The notes under the pieces were generated by a model. That model worked only from the letters and a program-made list of their open reading frames with translations, was not told the DNA's origin and did not search any database. A program made the translations under genes and the position numbers. Source: an uncultured delta proteobacterium (lineage in GTDB: Bacteria; Desulfobacterota; Binatia; UBA9968). From it: a stretch of DNA of 64,000 nucleotides. The DNA lies in contig CAWJBB010000083.1 of NCBI GenBank assembly GCA_963840855.1, positions 1-64,000 of the forward strand. Direction: 5' to 3'. This document shows positions 10,883 through 20,452 of the stretch, piece by piece (the stretch's first letter is position 1; every line of letters begins with the position of its first letter).

Positions 10883-12202
10883 ATGTCAAAACCGATGATT
10901 CCAACAGCTCGCTTGGAAGCGCTCCATATGGCTCTAGACAGGATTAGAGTCGCCCCGGCCTATCAAACCGGCAAATGGTTCGTCGGGCCGCTAAATTTCG
11001 CGCCCGAGGTACTCGGCGCCATGAGCCTGCCCGAGCGCGTGGAGATCTGTGATGTCACGCTGCGCGAAGCGTCCCAGGGTTATTTCGGGGAAAAAGAGTA
11101 CGCCACCTTGGCGGCGGCTCTGGATGAAGCCGGCGTCGCGGTGATTCAGTTTCTCGCGCCCAAAACCGGTGGCGAAACCGACGAAGCCGTGAAGGTGCTC
11201 GACCGGCTGGGTAAAATGGGACTCAAAGCCAAGCTCCAACTTTACGGCGCCAGCTCGGAAGCGCAAATGGATCTGGCTCGGGATCACGGCGTCGAGATCA
11301 TTTCCTACACGATCTTTCCTCTGCCGGAATGGCAACCCATCTACGCCGCTTCCAGGAAGGTCGCAGAAGACTCCGAGACCGTGGCTCGATCGGCCGCAGT
11401 GGACAGCGAGGCGGCACTGCTGGAGTACGTCGAGCAGATGGCCGCGGCGATCAAAAGGCGCGGCATGCAACCGCGTCCCATCGCCAATTTCTTTTCCATG
11501 GCGTCTATTGATTTTTTGCGTAGTCTCGGACGCACGTGCGAAAGAGCCGGCGTCTACGCGCTCAACTTCGTCGACGCCGCGGGCAGTATGGGACCCGCCG
11601 CTTGTCGCTATGCGGTCGCGGAAGTCAAGAAGGTAGCGCCAGGGTTGACCATCGGCATGCACACCCACAACGATCTGGGACTCGCCACCGCCAACGCTCT
11701 AGCCGGCGTTGAGGCCGGAGCCTCGCAAGTCGATGTCACCATCAATGGCGCGGGGGCGAGAGCGGGCAACGCCACCTTGGCGGAAGTCGTCGTTGCAATA
11801 GAAGCTCTCTACGGCGTAAAAACAGGAGTCGACTTGACCAGACTCACAGGCTTGTCGAAGCTGTTTGAAGAGTTGTCACGATGGCCCACACCCAAAGACA
11901 AGCCGCTGGTGGGCAATTACGCTTTTAACGACTCGAGCGACACCCACAGTTTTCTTTTGCAGGCCGATTCGTTGTTGTTCGCGCCCGTCAGACCGGAGCT
12001 GGTCGGCAATGAAAGAAGGAGCCATCTCGACCTGAAATCCGGCATCCACACGCTCAGGATGCGCCTGCGGGAGATGGGCATGACCGTTCCGGAAGAAACC
12101 CTCCCTGAACTCTGGAAACGCATCCAGGGTGAATTGACGGTAAAGAGAAGAGCGCTCACCGAGGAGGAGATTCGCGGCTGCGTTGACGCCGTGCGGTCAT
12201 GA
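10883..12202 (+). CDS. LeuA/homocitrate synthase-like DRE-TIM metallolyase
   Basis: DVTLRE, HTHNDLGLATANALAG, GARAGNA. Confidence 0.85.
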   Translation: MSKPMIPTARLEALHMALDRIRVAPAYQTGKWFVGPLNFAPEVLGAMSLPERVEICDVTLREASQGYFGEKEYATLAAALDEAGVAVIQFLAPKTGGETDEAVKVLDRLGKMGLKAKLQLYGASSEAQMDLARDHGVEIISYTIFPLPEWQPIYAASRKVAEDSETVARSAAVDSEAALLEYVEQMAAAIKRRGMQPRPIANFFSMASIDFLRSLGRTCERAGVYALNFVDAAGSMGPAACRYAVAEVKKVAPGLTIGMHTHNDLGLATANALAGVEAGASQVDVTINGAGARAGNATLAEVVVAIEALYGVKTGVDLTRLTGLSKLFEELSRWPTPKDKPLVGNYAFNDSSDTHSFLLQADSLLFAPVRPELVGNERRSHLDLKSGIHTLRMRLREMGMTVPEETLPELWKRIQGELTVKRRALTEEEIRGCVDAVRS

Positions 12203-12222
12203 GCACAATTGATATCGTTTTG

Positions 12223-12353
12223 GATTCTGCTGAAAAACCCACCGTTCATCCTTCGAGGGCCTCAGGACGAACGGAGGAACCGTTGAAATCATTGGAGATT
12301 TGTCCGTTCATGCTGAGCCTGTCGAAGCATTCTTAGGGTTTTTCAGTAGAATC
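12223..12353. mobile_element. 131-bp MITE carrying a REP-like doublet
   Basis: IRs gattctgctgaaaaaccc / gggtttttcagtagaatc; 6-bp TSD gttttg; internal ccgttcatccttcga..tcaggacgaacgg and ccgttcatgctgagcctgtcgaagca. Confidence 0.8.
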
Positions 12354-12373
12354 GTTTTGGAGGTCTAACCCCA

Positions 12374-13312
12374 ATGGCAAAGATACTGATCACCGGCGCC
12401 AACGGCTTCATCGGTTCCCACACAACGCTGCTCATGGAAACCCTCGGTCACGAGGTCGTTCCCATCGACGTTGGGCCGCGCTCGCCGGACCTATCGCTGC
12501 TCGGTATCAAGGCATCCAGTCACATCATGAACGTCACCGACAGCGCGGCTTTCCGCGTCCTCTGCGAAAAGGGAAAGCCGACGCATATTTTTCATGCCGC
12601 CCATCCACCGCGCGATGAAACCCCCACTGTGTTGAATTATTGTTATCACGCCATGACCAATATTTTAGAAGCGGCGAAGGATCTCAAGATCCAACGCGTC
12701 GTCTATTCCAGCTCCGCGTCGATCTACGGCCCACTGCAAAAACCGGACGGCAGCCTGGTCAAAGAAGACGACGCGGTGACGATCTATCCGACCTATTTTT
12801 ACCGCGCCGCGAAGACAGTCTCCGAATGGATGGGAAATTTTTACAAAGAAAAACACGGCGTCGACTTCGTCGCCCTGCGCTACTCGTCGGTGTACGGCCC
12901 GGGCTTGTATCGGAGCATTCCGTTGGAACTCAAGAAAGGTATTCTCGGCCAGGCCTGCCGGCCCTTTCTCACCCGCCCGCTGGACGATCTGATCTATATC
13001 GACGACGTTGCCGACGCGGTGCGCCGCGCGCTATTTGCCGACAAACCGCTCAGCCGCGCCTATAACATCGGCCTGGACAAGGCCTATGCCAGTGAAGATC
13101 TGGTTCGCGCGATTGGCAATGCGTTGCCGGAGCTAAAATTCGAAATCGGCCAACATCCCAATGCCTTCGAAGTCGCCCCCCACCGCCTGCGCAGCCCGCT
13201 GGATATCTCTCTCGCCAAACGGGAACTGGGCTGGGCGCCGACGATCTATCTCGAAGAAGGCATCGCGCGCCTCGCGCAGTGGTTGAAGGAGCATAAGGCG
13301 AAATTGCGTTGA
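12374..13312 (+). CDS. NAD-dependent epimerase/dehydratase
   Basis: ITGANGFIG, SSASIYG, YRAAK, LRYSSVYGP. Confidence 0.9.
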   Translation: MAKILITGANGFIGSHTTLLMETLGHEVVPIDVGPRSPDLSLLGIKASSHIMNVTDSAAFRVLCEKGKPTHIFHAAHPPRDETPTVLNYCYHAMTNILEAAKDLKIQRVVYSSSASIYGPLQKPDGSLVKEDDAVTIYPTYFYRAAKTVSEWMGNFYKEKHGVDFVALRYSSVYGPGLYRSIPLELKKGILGQACRPFLTRPLDDLIYIDDVADAVRRALFADKPLSRAYNIGLDKAYASEDLVRAIGNALPELKFEIGQHPNAFEVAPHRLRSPLDISLAKRELGWAPTIYLEEGIARLAQWLKEHKAKLR

Positions 13313-13387
13313 CGGCTTTACACTACTCGGGAATCGTGTGCGGTCAATGATAATTAGAATCAAGGTTGGTTACTTGGTATGTGTTGC

Positions 13388-13525
13388 CGTGTCGCCGAAG
13401 ACCGCCAGGACTGCTAATGGCTTTACGTTGTCACGGGCGCCAAAGCGCAACCCACGCTCCAGGAGCCGATCAAGAATCCGGCGCGATTTCCCTGGCATGA
13501 AGTAAAAAAGGTGGATCACTATCTA
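13388..13525 (+). pseudogene. C-terminal fragment of a SNF2 helicase/DUF3883 protein
   Basis: Hand translation RVAEDRQDC*WLYVVTGAKAQPTLQEPIKNPARFPWHEVKKVDHY. Confidence 0.7.
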
Positions 13526-13539
13526 TTTTTTTTCTATTT

Positions 13540-13833
13540 TATTTTCAGGTTACCTTCCCTGGCCCCGGCGACGACATCGATCGCATCCGGGTGCCGGAGA
13601 CCCGCCTGCTAGTTACGCCATCGGTGGAGGCCCAGTTAAATGAACGACAGAAGAAAATTATGGTTCACGTTCTTACGGAAGGTTCCGTCACCAATCGTTG
13701 GTGTCGCTCCCGCTTCCATGTGGTTTACAATACCGCCTACCGGGATCTGCAAGGCTTGGTCGAGTTGGATTTGATCGACCCGGTCGGTGGTGGTCGGAGT
13801 GTGAAATATGTCCCGAAATCTGCTCATGCGTAA
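13540..13833 (+). pseudogene. C-terminal winged-helix fragment of an AlbA_2/RecG-like regulator
   Basis: FQVTFPGP...LNERQKKIM...TAYRDLQGLVELDLIDPVGGGRSVKY. Confidence 0.7.
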
Positions 13834-14349
13834 TCCATCGATAACCCATCGAAGATTTGGCGTAATCCATCGATCCGCCTCGACCGGTAATACCGCCCGG
13901 AAGCTTGACGAGTGCCAGGGCATCGTCTGCGCTAAAACGGTTCAATCCATCGATAATCCATCGATCAAACTATGGAAGCCATCGACGGATGTCTCGCCGA
14001 ATCCACCGATAATTGACCGACGAAATCGCCGAACCGACCGATCCGGCTGTCGGAATCGGAGCGTCGAATCGTCACGGAATCGTCAGATTGACTCGCCCGT
14101 GGATCGGTCAAGCGCTTCGCCGAATCGTGAAGTAATCGTTAACCGATTCGCTGTAATCGTAAACTCCGCCGCTCGGAATCTATCACCAATCCATCACCAA
14201 AACGCAGAACTCTATCACCGAGCTGGCAGGCCGCCTGCGATTCGATTGTTGGAAGCATCCGATAATCATCCGACGAAAACGAAGAAATCATCCGACCGAC
14301 TCAGCGAATCTACCGATAATCAACCGACAAATTTTCGCGATCTACCGAT
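13832..14349 (+). repeat. Array of eight triads of unit-specific 11-mers (spacing 11 then 21 bp)
   Basis: Triad starts at 13832, 13944, 14000, 14067, 14123, 14177, 14253, 14307. Confidence 0.8.
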
Positions 14350-14417
14350 CCTTCCATACGAACAAGTTGCGTGCGCAAGGTTTTCGATGTTGATTGAACA
14401 GAGAGCAAAGAACCAAT

Positions 14418-14868
14418 ATGGCCGACTACAAGAAAAAACTCCTCGAAGTCGCTTTGCCGCTTGAAGCCATTAACAAAGCTTCGGCGCGGGAGAAGTCGAT
14501 TCGGCATGGCATCCGTCGACGTTGCACTTGTGGTGGGCGAGGCGGCCGTTGGCGGCGGCACGGGCGGTGATTTTTGCGCAGATGGTGGATGATCCATCGG
14601 CGCACCCGGATATTTTCAAGACTGAGAAAGCGCAGGACAAAGAGCGGCAACGCCTTTTCAAGATCATCGAGGATCTCGTACTGTGGGAGAATACGACTAA
14701 CGATGAGGTTCTTCAGCGGGCTCGCGACGAGATCTGGCAGAGTTGGCGCGCAACCTGCGCGGAGAATGCGGATCATCCGCGCCAAAGAACTATTCGACCG
14801 GGACAAACTTCCCGCATTTTCACGATCCGTTCGCCGGTGGTGGATCGTTGTCGCTGGAGGCGCAACTG
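14418..14868 (+). pseudogene. Truncated DUF1156 adenine-specific DNA methylase (N-terminus)
   Basis: [46 protein letters not shown]...HDPFAGGGS; frameshifts, then truncation. Confidence 0.85.
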
Positions 14869-15082
14869 AATATAGAAATCATGAGGCTTTGTACGACTCC
14901 GCCAATTAGTCGCAACTCACAAGGACCTGGCCCGCAAGCTGGAAGCGCTTGAAAAAAGATACGACGCGCAGTTTAAGGTCGTCTTCGATGCGATCCGGGA
15001 ACTCATGAGGCCACCGACTCCAAAGCGCAGAAAAATCGGATTTTTGGTGGAAGAAAAAGCCGCGTCGTATGGACGGCGGTAA
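14869..15082 (+). pseudogene. C-terminal fragment of an ORF6N-domain DNA-binding protein
   Basis: [47 protein letters not shown]...RKIGF. Confidence 0.8.
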
Positions 15083-15117
15083 TGTTATCCCATGTTTCGG
15101 AATACGCGCTACGTAAG

Positions 15118-15315
15118 CACGCCCCACTCCCGCCTGTTGCCTAATGCCTCGTGCCTATTTTACATTTCGACGCTTCGGGAATTCTCGAAACGTGGAAGCG
15201 TCAGCGAGAGGGATCGGAATGGTGATCACGGCGTCCGCCTCACCCAGCCTGCCTCTTGCCAGAACAGACCCTTCTCATCTACATTGAGTCCCGCCGATGC
15301 GGCAGGCCGCCAGGG
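15118..15315 (+). repeat. ~195-bp direct repeat, copy 1 (contains the 32-bp palindrome)
   Basis: Highly similar to 19097-19290. Confidence 0.9.
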
Positions 15316-15729
15316 ATCGCCGCGCCGGGTAGCCAGGTGCATCCCCCTTCCTGGCTTTCCACTGGTGGGTCGCCGCAAACCATACTGAGAGATCAGTCGT
15401 GATCGTATTGGCGGCGATAGACGGGCTTGTGATGGAAAAAGAAGATGGTTTTTTCGCAACCCGTGTGCATTGATCGGACTACCGCAAGATCACAGACACG
15501 ACTAACGAGCCCTGCGGTCCGGGTTGCTATGATGCTAGACCCGACCCCCAAAAACGACCCCTCCTTCTGTTCAGGCCCGCCCACGGCGCCCTTCACGAAG
15601 CTCTGTCAGGTCTTTTGGCGCGATAATTCTTTTCAAAACTGTTCACTATTAGACAGCAATCCTTCCCGCGTGTGGTTACATTAATCCTGAAAGTTATTGC
15701 ATTTTCGAGAGCTGTAATGGCGCGCAAGA

Positions 15730-15809
15730 GGTAGAAGACCGGGCCACACACTCAACGGTGGCATGGACTTCGGCTCCGGTTTGACAGCGAACGTATCCCC
15801 GGTTCTGCC
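15730..15809 (+). ncRNA. Candidate structured leader RNA (multi-stem junction)
   Basis: Closing stem ggtagaa(ga)ccggg/cccggttctgcc; inner stems gccac/gtggc and gtttg/cgaac. Confidence 0.4.
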
Positions 15810-15866
15810 CCCCCCTCCCTCTTCCAATATCCAAAGGCTATCAAGAGCCTTAAAAAGGAGAGAGTT

Positions 15867-16424
15867 ATGAATCCTCTATTATTGATCGCTATCCCCGTAG
15901 GGTTGGTGATCCTGGGCATGATATTGAATAGTTTTGGACTTTCTTTCGCTTCCCCTCCAACTTCACAGGAACAAGATCCTGCTAAGAGGGTAGCGGCGGA
16001 AAAGGAATCTTACCGCAAGTTCTTTGACATCCAGAGAACCCAGTCTATGAAAAGGCAGAAACGGGTCGGCCAGTATGCCTGGTTGGTGATGGCCGCCTTT
16101 ATCGGCGCCTTCATCTGGCTGTACATGGACACCGTGAACAAGACCAGCCTTTCGAGTCGCATTGCCGGACTTCAGACATTGGGAACGGAAGAGGGCAAAC
16201 AGATGGTTCTCTCGGTGACACTGAGCGACGGGAACAATGTCAAATACCTGATCAAATTGCCCCAAGCCGACAAGTTGGATGGCGCCGTAAAAGAAGACGT
16301 TAAGATAGAAAAGGTCTCATCCTGGGAGCTGCAGAGACTGGGTACGGCTTTGAGTACCGGCGATAATCCATTGCCTATGGGTATTGCGCTGAAGATTTCC
16401 CAAGCAGCAGTCGAAGCCAGATAG
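15867..16424 (+). CDS. Hypothetical membrane protein (2 TM)
   Basis: RBS aaggag; two hydrophobic segments. Confidence 0.7.
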   Translation: MNPLLLIAIPVGLVILGMILNSFGLSFASPPTSQEQDPAKRVAAEKESYRKFFDIQRTQSMKRQKRVGQYAWLVMAAFIGAFIWLYMDTVNKTSLSSRIAGLQTLGTEEGKQMVLSVTLSDGNNVKYLIKLPQADKLDGAVKEDVKIEKVSSWELQRLGTALSTGDNPLPMGIALKISQAAVEAR

Positions 16425-16453
16425 ACGCGGGATTTCTAGAGATCCAAATCAGA

Positions 16454-16524
16454 CTTGAGGTGCCAATTAGGCACCTCAAGCCGGTGATTCATTTTGACGT
16501 TTTGAGAATTCTCAAAACATCGAA
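16454..16524. repeat. Composite palindrome: GAGGTGCC..GGCACCTC plus the 32-bp palindrome
   Basis: cttgaggtgccaattaggcacctcaag ... tttgacgttttgagaattctcaaaacatcgaa. Confidence 0.8.
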
Positions 16525-16732
16525 GTATGCTCTGCTTTCTCTGAATCACGCGTCGAACCGAAAGTGGCAGTCGGTGTGGACGTAAGGTCTCTACAACGTA
16601 AGAGTTTTTCAGGAACATGCAGGACAAACTCCTTTAAATTCTTATCTTGTTCCGTACTAGCCATTACTTGCGCACTCACTATTCAGGAATTGTTCTGACT
16701 GTGTATATACATACGAAAGAATGGGGTGTTTG

Positions 16733-17206
16733 ATGCGCAAACAGACGATCAACTCAGGTTCTGAAGCTGTCTCACGTTCAGGTGATGTGTGGTTGGATCT
16801 CGAGCGTTTAGCTCAGGTCGAGATCACCTCGGAAAGCGCCGAACATCCCATTGAGGCAGCCCTGATCTCCGATCGCGGGCCGGGATGGCGGGCGGCGCAA
16901 GCCGGGCAACAGGCGATCCGCGTCATCTTTGACCAACCCGTGAGTATCGGGCGTATCCTTCTCCGATTCGACGAAGAGGAACAGGGGCGCACGCAGGAAT
17001 TCGTGTTGCGCTGGTTACCGGAAGGCCAGCAGTCGCCTCGAGAGATCGTGCGTCAGCAGTATACCTTCAGTCCGCCTGGTACTGACCAAGAGATCGAGGA
17101 TTATTTTGTCAAGCTCAACCGAGTAACCGCGCTTGAACTAGAGATCGTTCCGGATATAAGCGGAGGCGCTGCCTACGCGTCGTTGGCGCAGATGCGTCTC
17201 GCATAA
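16733..17206 (+). CDS. Discoidin/galactose-binding-like domain protein
   Basis: EITSE..HPIE.AL...GWRAA..G.Q.IR..FD.P pattern. Confidence 0.65.
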   Translation: MRKQTINSGSEAVSRSGDVWLDLERLAQVEITSESAEHPIEAALISDRGPGWRAAQAGQQAIRVIFDQPVSIGRILLRFDEEEQGRTQEFVLRWLPEGQQSPREIVRQQYTFSPPGTDQEIEDYFVKLNRVTALELEIVPDISGGAAYASLAQMRLA

Positions 17207-17243
17207 GCGCGTTAAGGTTATTTAAAAAAGGAGGTAACTGAAG

Positions 17244-17804
17244 ATGGAAAACAATATCGAGACCAATCCCATGAACCAGGACATCTTGGCAGGAAAGTGG
17301 AAGCAAATGCGCGGCGAGCTTAAAACGTGGTGGGGTAAACTCACCGATGACGACTTCGACAGGATCGGCGGTCAGAAGGACAAGCTGATCGGTCTGATAC
17401 AAGAGAGATACGGATATACTCGCGAGCAGGCCGAGCAAGAGATTGAGCGGCGCCTCCAAGAGTACGGCGACAAGACAGGCGGGGCCGTTGGCCGTATGTC
17501 GGTCAAGGCACGAGAGCTCGGCGCGACTGCCGCGAAGAAGGCGAATGTGGCGGCACCCGTTATCGGTGAGAAGATGAAATCGCTGGCGAACGTGATCCGT
17601 GGAAAGGCGCCGCGCGAAGGCAAGATAGGCACAACGGCAACCAAAGTAGCGGGTGGGTTAGAATCTGCGAGTAGTTATCTGCAAGAGAAGAAATTCGACC
17701 ATCTGGGAGAAGACTTCAGGGGCTTGGTTCGGCGCTACCCTGTACGATCTCTATTGATCGGTCTTGGTCTAGGCTTTTTGCTCATCGGACGTAAAAAAAA
17801 GTAA
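17244..17804 (+). CDS. CsbD/YjbJ-family stress protein with ElaB-like C-terminus
   Basis: GKWKQMRGELKTWWGKLTDDD...QERYG; C-terminal VRRYPVRSLLIGLGLGFLL. Confidence 0.85.
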   Translation: MENNIETNPMNQDILAGKWKQMRGELKTWWGKLTDDDFDRIGGQKDKLIGLIQERYGYTREQAEQEIERRLQEYGDKTGGAVGRMSVKARELGATAAKKANVAAPVIGEKMKSLANVIRGKAPREGKIGTTATKVAGGLESASSYLQEKKFDHLGEDFRGLVRRYPVRSLLIGLGLGFLLIGRKKK

Positions 17805-17879
17805 TGAATGATCAGAAAAGCTATAATAGGAGTATGGAGCACCTCCAGCAAGGTTGCTGAAAAAGAAATCCAGATCAGG

Positions 17880-17957
17880 CGTGAGGTGCCGAATTGGCAC
17901 CTCACGCTCGTGACTGCCGTCATTTTCGATGTTTTGATAATTCTCAAAAACGTGGAA
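17880..17957. repeat. Composite palindrome, copy 2
   Basis: cgtgaggtgccgaattggcacctcacg ... ttcgatgttttgataattctcaaaaacgtggaa. Confidence 0.8.
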
Positions 17958-18163
17958 GTATCGGGGAGACCTTTATCTCGGCCAATCTCGCTTAACGCCG
18001 ATAAGTCAATTGCTCAGGCTCGACCCCAAATTTGCGACCCCATTGCCACCTGGCGTCGCACTCAAGTTTTCCAACTGACGCGCGGTAAAGCCGCTGCGAC
18101 TCCGGACCAACATCAAAAGCGGACGCCGTGAACCGCGCCGCGTCGAGATTGGAGGCGTGCACT

Positions 18164-18301
18164 ATGAAGGTCCTGCTAATCGAACCCATACTAGATAGAT
18201 ACGTGGCAGCGGTCCAAAGGGGCCGGAAGGAATGGAGCGCGAAAGAAGTAGAGGCGTTACTAATCAAACTAAGAGAAGAGATACTGGAGTGCCTAAAATA
18301 A
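18164..18301 (+). CDS. Small hypothetical protein (45 aa, not in the ORF track)
   Basis: RBS ggagg; MKVLLIEPILDRYVAAVQRG...EILECLK. Confidence 0.5.
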   Translation: MKVLLIEPILDRYVAAVQRGRKEWSAKEVEALLIKLREEILECLK

Positions 18302-18344
18302 GAGTTGGCTTGTGCAAGATAGCCATTAGAGGAAGGTGATTTTT

Positions 18345-18563
18345 ATGCCACATGATCACAGATTTACGATCGCGGACGATGAGGCGGTGCAGGTGCTTCT
18401 TGATAAGATGCTGGGTGGAGGAACGCGACAGAAACGCCGGGAAAAGCTCCTGAAAGCACTAGATGAGGCGTCTCGGCACTATGAAAATACCACCCAAAAG
18501 CAGAGGCAAGCTTTTTTCCATGGACTGTTAACCGGCTACGCAGTCGCGTTAAAGCTCTTGTAG
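18345..18563 (+). CDS. Small hypothetical protein
   Basis: RBS-like gaggaaggtg; 72-aa ORF. Confidence 0.55.
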   Translation: MPHDHRFTIADDEAVQVLLDKMLGGGTRQKRREKLLKALDEASRHYENTTQKQRQAFFHGLLTGYAVALKLL

Positions 18564-18649
18564 TTGAAAAAGGGCAATGTCGCGTGCCCACCGGGACGAG
18601 TACGTGTCTGGTGCTCGTGGTGCCACGTTGAGAAGCACCCTGAGCCTAA

Positions 18650-18723
18650 GATCGTTGTCGCAGCGAGTGGGGGTTAAGGAAAGAAATCGGGTTCGAGTCG
18701 GTGGAGAAATAATCGACCTATGA
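18650..18723 (+). pseudogene. C-terminal remnant of a RelE/ParE-like toxin
   Basis: GVKERNRVRVGGEIIDL* overlaps the antitoxin start (ATGA). Confidence 0.55.
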
Positions 18724-18980
18724 CTAAGATTGAATTAAAGAAAGCATCCGAGCCATTATCAAAATACGCCCAAAAGGCCAGAAAAGACCCGGTTATTGTT
18801 GTGAAGAAGGGAAAACCTTTTGCGGCAGTGGTGCCGATCCGGAACGCGGATGAAGAGAGCCTCGCGCTGAGCACCAACCGCAAGTTCCTCAAGATCATAG
18901 AGAGGTCCAGGGCCCGTGTAAAAAAAGAGGGCGCCATTTCGGCTAGCGAACTGCGCCGGCGCCTTGGTTTAGGAAAGTAG
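18720..18980 (+). CDS. Phd/YefM-like antitoxin
   Basis: LSKYAQKARKDPVIVVKKGKPFAAVV. Confidence 0.75.
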   Translation: MTKIELKKASEPLSKYAQKARKDPVIVVKKGKPFAAVVPIRNADEESLALSTNRKFLKIIERSRARVKKEGAISASELRRRLGLGK

Positions 18981-18989
18981 CTTGCTCAT

Positions 18990-19021
18990 TTCCACGTTTC
19001 CGGAATTCCGGAAACGTGGAA
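18990..19021. repeat. Perfect 32-bp palindrome
   Basis: ttccacgtttccggaattccggaaacgtggaa. Confidence 0.95.
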
Positions 19022-19096
19022 GTTCCCCCTCAGTTAGGATCAGCGAGCACCCCGGCATCTTTTCGGGTTCGGATACGATCATGATTTTTTCCCCAC

Positions 19097-19290
19097 CACG
19101 CCCACTCCCGCCCGTTGCCTAATGCCTCGTGCCTATTTTACATTTCGACGTTTCGAGAATTCTCAAAACGTGAAAGTGTCAGCGAGGGGGTCGGAACGGC
19201 GATCACGGCCACTGACCCAGCCTGCCTCTTTTGCCAGAACAGACCGTTATCATCTACATTGAGTCCCGCCGATGCTGCAGGCCGCCAGGG
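19097..19290 (+). repeat. ~195-bp direct repeat, copy 2
   Basis: Highly similar to 15118-15315. Confidence 0.9.
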
Positions 19291-19674
19291 TCGACGCGCC
19301 GGGCATCCTGGTACGAACGCGCTCGTGAACCGTGAGCGATAGGGTTTGATAGCGCGTTATCCTTGAACCTTTTAACCTTGAACTTTGAACTGCCGTAGGG
19401 CCTTGAACGGAGCGTCTGCCATGAGCGCCCCAACGCAAAGTCGAAGGGCCGTGATTGAACGACTGGAACAGGCTTCTGCTTTGAAGCGTTGAACTTTGAA
19501 CCTTGAACGTTAAACGGCGACAGGCCTTGAACCGGCGACAACCCTGGAACGGCCGCTGCCCACCGAAACGATGATAGCCCTGACTATCGAGTCCTGTGGC
19601 CTGAGTTGCTATGATGCTAGAGCTGTTGCCCTAAGGGGTCCCTTTATCCTCATGAAGCTGGTGGAGCGAACGCT

Positions 19675-19996
19675 ATGAGTGTCGAAAAGGATCGAGAAAG
19701 TGCCGAAAAGTTGAAGAAGAGGTTTCTAGCCGCTGATGGTGAACGCATTCTGCGGGTGATCCTCTATGGTTCGCGCGCCCAGGGTGGCGCCACCGAGGAG
19801 AGTGATTTTGATTTCCTGGTGGTTGAAAAGGACGCTGTCTCGAAGCGCCAGGAGATGCGGCGTCTGCGCCAAGCCGTCGCCGACCTCGATTGTCCCGTCG
19901 ACGTCTGGGTTATGGGAGAGCAGGAGTTCGATGAGACTAGGAGGTCTTGCCTATCCGGCGCATAAATACGGAGTAGTGTTGTATGAGAACCCCTGA
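19675..19996 (+). pseudogene. MNT minimal nucleotidyltransferase antitoxin (frameshift/deletion near 19937)
   Basis: LYGSRAQG..SDFDFLVV; C-terminus GGLAYPAHKYGVVLYENP lies in another frame. Confidence 0.8.
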
Positions 19997-20100
19997 GCAG
20001 GTGAAGTGGGATTTTGTACAGCAATGGCTGGACAAGGCTAGAAAAGACCTTGCGACAGCTGAGATCTTACTCAGAGAGGAATTCGAAGATTACGAGACCT
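19983..20100 (+). pseudogene. Truncated HEPN-domain toxin
   Basis: MRTPEQVKWDFVQQWLDKARKDLATAEILL, cut by ttgaac repeats. Confidence 0.7.
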
Positions 20101-20452
20101 TGAACGTTTGAACCTTGAACCGGCGAGAGCCGTGGAACGCTTGGAACGGCCCGTGGCCTAATCTCTTGGGGGCAAGTCACGAGCACGAATCACGATCACG
20201 TCTCTCTGTTTTCTTCAGCAAACGCGCGTGTCCGATTGACGAGGAGTACGAAACTAGACCTGACCCTGAAGATATCCTGAAGATATCGTTACGAATTGGC
20301 ACAGCAAATGGAACCAGAGTTGGCTCGGCAACTGCGCTCCGACGGCCTCGCTGTCTGGCAAAACTAACTCGGGCAGGTGACCTGCCAGTCGGGCAAGCAG
20401 TCGGTGTACATAGGGAAGTCGTGTGTTAGGCCCTTTTTTCTTATCGCGGGGC

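Noticed and set aside
13808-14464. 218-aa ORF over the triad array
   Set aside because: Biased N/R/S/P composition, an 11-bp period out of frame, and overlap with genuine gene remnants
15700-15830. tRNA or tmRNA integration site
   Set aside because: No TTCGA T-loop or CCA cloverleaf; kept only as a candidate structured RNA
15118-19290. Integron attC array
   Set aside because: No RYYYAAC/GTTRRRY boxes with extrahelical bases and no IntI in the window
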